A stretch of DNA of 64,000 nt from Synechococcales cyanobacterium VAR_4_metabat_354 (GTDB taxonomy: Bacteria > Cyanobacteriota > Cyanobacteriia > Cyanobacteriales > Chamaesiphonaceae): assembly GCA_031414775.1 (NCBI GenBank), contig JANOQI010000026.1, positions 39,271 through 103,270 of the forward strand. The letters run 5' to 3'. Under the pieces are notes generated by a model. That model made no database searches and was not told where the DNA came from. It saw only the letters and a program-made list of their open reading frames with translations. This document shows positions 61,166-64,000 of this stretch, one piece after another. The translations under genes and the position numbers were made by a program. Within the stretch, counting starts at the first letter, position 1; each line of letters starts with the position of its first letter.

Positions 61166-61411
61166 CTAAACCATTGTAACATTCGATGAGACAAAATCAT
61201 GACAGTTGATCGCTAATTCAGTAGTAGCTAGTTGGGGATTTACTGTACATTTGACATAGTAGCTGTTGGTAAAGTACTGACAACGGCTACAGGGGATTTG
61301 ATGTAGTCTGCGGATGTTGTCAATACCTCTCTTCCCTATTTGATATAGAGTAATCCCAGCGATCAAAGTAAGACCCCAAGCCAAAAACCGACAGATATAA
61401 ATAATGATCAC
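61166..61411 (-). CDS. Small membrane-anchored Cys-rich protein (Cx2Cx10Cx14C), copy 2
   Basis: GTG start overlaps the acnB TGA (GTGA); AWGLT helix; PCSRCQYFTNSYYVKCTVNP..A.TE.AINC.DF. Confidence 0.8.
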   Translation of the reverse strand: MIIIYICRFLAWGLTLIAGITLYQIGKRGIDNIRRLHQIPCSRCQYFTNSYYVKCTVNPQLATTELAINCHDFVSSNVTMV

Positions 61412-63987
61412 AAGCTTAATTCCGCTACGGCTGTTTCGGACACAATTCGACCCTCATTTTCAAATCCAGCAATTTGGTCGAAGTTTAAATAACGGTAGAG
61501 GCTAGCCGCAAAAGGGTCAATTTTTTTGGTGACTACTTCTAAATACTCATTGGCAGTGGGTATTTTGCCCAGCATCGAACAAACGGCAGCTAGCTCTGCC
61601 GAACCCAAGTAGACTTGTGCTCCTTTCCCTAGCCGGTTGTTAAAGTTGCGAGTAGAAGTAGAAAACACCGTAGCATTGTCGGCGACTCGGGCTTGGTTAC
61701 CCATGCAAAGACTGCATCCCGGCATTTCGGTACGGGCACCGGCCATCCCAAAAATGCCATAAATGCCTTCTTCTTTGAGTTGGTATTCATCCATGCGGGT
61801 GGGGGGACAGATCCACAGGCGGGTATTGACGGGTGGCTCACCTTCTAAGACCTTGGCGGTGGCGCGATAGTGGCCAATATTGGTCATGCAAGAACCAATA
61901 AACACCTCGTCAATCTGATCGCCTGCTACTTCACTCAACAATTTGACGTTATCAGGATCATTCGGAGCAGCCACAATCGGCTCTTTGATGTCATTGAGGT
62001 TAATTTCAATGATCTCGGCATATTCGGCATCAGGATCAGCCGACAACAGTACCGGATTGGCCAACCATTCTTCCATTTGGGCGACCCGGCGCAAAATGGT
62101 GCGGGCATCGGTATATCCTCTGGCTACCATATTTTTCAAGAGGGCTACGTTCGATCGAATGTATTCAATAACGGTGGCTTCGCTGAGCTTAATGGTACAG
62201 CCGGCACAGGAACGCTCGGCACTGGCATCAGTCAACTCAAAGGCTTGCTCCACCTTCAGATCGGGCAGCCCTTCTATTTCTAAGATGCGGCCAGAGAAAA
62301 CATTTTGTTTATTTTCTTGAGCAACAGTCAGTAAGCCTTTTTGGATGGCGACATAAGGAATAGCGTTGACCACATCCCGCAAGGTTACACCCGGTTGCAG
62401 CTTACCGGTAAACCGAACCAGGACTGATTCTGGCATGTCGAGGGGCATGGCACCCAGGGCAGCAGCAAAGGCCACTAGCCCAGAACCAGCTGGGAAAGAG
62501 ATACCCAGCGGAAAGCGGGTGTGCGAATCGCCACCAGTACCTACGGTATCGGGCAATAGCATTCGGTTGAGCCAAGAGTGGATAATGCCATCACCGGGAC
62601 GTAATGCTACTCCCCCCCGTTGGGCGAAGAAGTCGGGCAGGTCGTGGTGGGTTTTAATATCGACGGGCTTGGGATAAGCGGAGGTATGGCAAAAGCTCTG
62701 CATCACCAAGTCGGCGCTAAAGCCCAGACAAGCTAATTCTTTTAGTTCATCGCGGGTCATGGGTCCAGTCGTGTCTTGAGAACCGACAGTGGTCATTAAT
62801 GGTTCACAGGCGATGCCTGGTCTGATGCCGGGTAAGCCACAGGCTTTGCCCACCATTTTCTGAGCCAGAGTATAGCCTTTGTTGCTAGCTACGGGCGGCT
62901 GAGGCCGAATAAATAGTTCGCTGGCCAGTAAGCCCTGGGCTTGCCTAGTTTTATCGGTTAAGGCGCGGCCAATCAGCAGGGGAATCCGGCCACCTGCTCG
63001 GACTTCATCCAAAATGGTCTCAGGCTTCAGTTCAAAGGTAGTAATTAATTGGTCTTGTTCGTTGGTAATTTGACCTTTATAGGTATGAATTTGAATCACC
63101 ATGCCAGTTTCTAGTTGGGTGACATCGCATTCGATCGGCAGCATTCCCGAATCTTCGGCAGTATTGAAAAAGATCGGGGCAATTTTACCACCCAGTAAAT
63201 AACCAGCGGTGCGTTTGTTGGGAACGCAGGGAATATCGAGGCCAGTGTGCCACAGCACTGAGTTGATGGCTGACTTGCGGGAAGAACCAGTGCCCACCAC
63301 ATCGCCCACATATACAAGGGGATGACCTAGGGCTTTGAGTTGTTCGATCGTTTCCAAGCTACCCGGTTGCCGGGTTTCGAGCATGGCCAAAGCATGGAGC
63401 GGAATATCGGGACGGGTGGTGGCGTGAGTGGCTGGGGATAAATCGTCGGTGTTGGTTTCGCCCGCAACTTTAAAGACGGTCACTGTCACCATTGCTGGCA
63501 CAGTCGGCTTGTCGGTAAACCAAACACCTGCTGCCCAGGCATCAATTACTTGCTTAGCATACTGGTTAGTTTGCGACAAATCCCAGACATCATTAAAAGC
63601 GTCGTAGACTAGAGTGATTTTACTCAGGGCTTGGACTGCCGCTGTGGCCAAGGCAGTATCACTAGATTTTAGGGTATCAATTAGAGCTTGGACGTTGTAG
63701 CCACCGAGCATGGTGCCGAGGAGTTCGATCGATTGCAAGGGACTGATCAATGGACTATGGACATCACCTTTGATAATTGCGGCCAGGAAACTAGCTTTAA
63801 CGTAGGCTGCCGGATCTACACCAGGTGGAACTCGATCGCGCAATAATGCAATCAGGTTAGCCTCTTCACCTGCTGGTGGCTGCTGTAATAGTTCGCAGAG
63901 GGCACTGGTTTGTTCGGCATCGAGCGGTAATGGGGGAATGCCCAATGCGGCTCGATCGGCTGTATGCTGGCGATATGCTTCTAACAT
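61408..63987 (-). CDS. acnB: Aconitate hydratase B
   Basis: GETNTDDLSP, GSSRKSA, GSQDTTGPMTRDE, FIGSCMTN, GCSLCMGNQ and STSTRNF motifs. Confidence 0.98.
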   Translation of the reverse strand: MLEAYRQHTADRAALGIPPLPLDAEQTSALCELLQQPPAGEEANLIALLRDRVPPGVDPAAYVKASFLAAIIKGDVHSPLISPLQSIELLGTMLGGYNVQALIDTLKSSDTALATAAVQALSKITLVYDAFNDVWDLSQTNQYAKQVIDAWAAGVWFTDKPTVPAMVTVTVFKVAGETNTDDLSPATHATTRPDIPLHALAMLETRQPGSLETIEQLKALGHPLVYVGDVVGTGSSRKSAINSVLWHTGLDIPCVPNKRTAGYLLGGKIAPIFFNTAEDSGMLPIECDVTQLETGMVIQIHTYKGQITNEQDQLITTFELKPETILDEVRAGGRIPLLIGRALTDKTRQAQGLLASELFIRPQPPVASNKGYTLAQKMVGKACGLPGIRPGIACEPLMTTVGSQDTTGPMTRDELKELACLGFSADLVMQSFCHTSAYPKPVDIKTHHDLPDFFAQRGGVALRPGDGIIHSWLNRMLLPDTVGTGGDSHTRFPLGISFPAGSGLVAFAAALGAMPLDMPESVLVRFTGKLQPGVTLRDVVNAIPYVAIQKGLLTVAQENKQNVFSGRILEIEGLPDLKVEQAFELTDASAERSCAGCTIKLSEATVIEYIRSNVALLKNMVARGYTDARTILRRVAQMEEWLANPVLLSADPDAEYAEIIEINLNDIKEPIVAAPNDPDNVKLLSEVAGDQIDEVFIGSCMTNIGHYRATAKVLEGEPPVNTRLWICPPTRMDEYQLKEEGIYGIFGMAGARTEMPGCSLCMGNQARVADNATVFSTSTRNFNNRLGKGAQVYLGSAELAAVCSMLGKIPTANEYLEVVTKKIDPFAASLYRYLNFDQIAGFENEGRIVSETAVAELSL

Positions 63988-64000
63988 CTGGATTTAGCTT

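Overview
Core chromosome of a cyanobacterium, rich in CGATCG/HIP1-type palindromes. By eye the variant TCGATCGA outnumbers canonical GCGATCGC. I saw no CRISPR array, rRNA, tRNA or transposase. In order, the window holds: (1) an iron-stress operon (two IsiA/CP43'-family antennae, flavodoxin isiB, an isiC-like hydrolase, two small ORFs); (2) housekeeping genes (miaB, frameshifted prfB, tatA, pth, PSRP-3, ruvB); (3) a Pho-box-led pstSCAB operon; (4) an orphan Lhr-like helicase behind malQ; (5) an RcaC-like multidomain regulator; (6) a probable 6S RNA abutting a half-size UPF0016/GDT1 gene; (7) trpB and metabolic genes; (8) a phototaxis cluster with two PatA-type regulators, CheY, CheW, a soluble 4-GAF cyanobacteriochrome MCP, a CheA with 48-bp repeats and a second CheW; (9) an RppA/RppB-like pair; (10) a Pap-like cluster (pseudo-receiver, 2Fe-2S ferredoxin, two V4R proteins, phycobiliprotein-like protein); (11) acnB. 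The best candidate for an undescribed system is a two-gene small-protein module: a membrane-anchored Cx2Cx10Cx14C protein plus a ~62-aa partner. It occurs twice, ~57 kb apart and inverted. Each copy overlaps by 4 nt the last gene of an iron-related unit (isi operon; [4Fe-4S] aconitase acnB). All family assignments come from motif recognition, not database searches.
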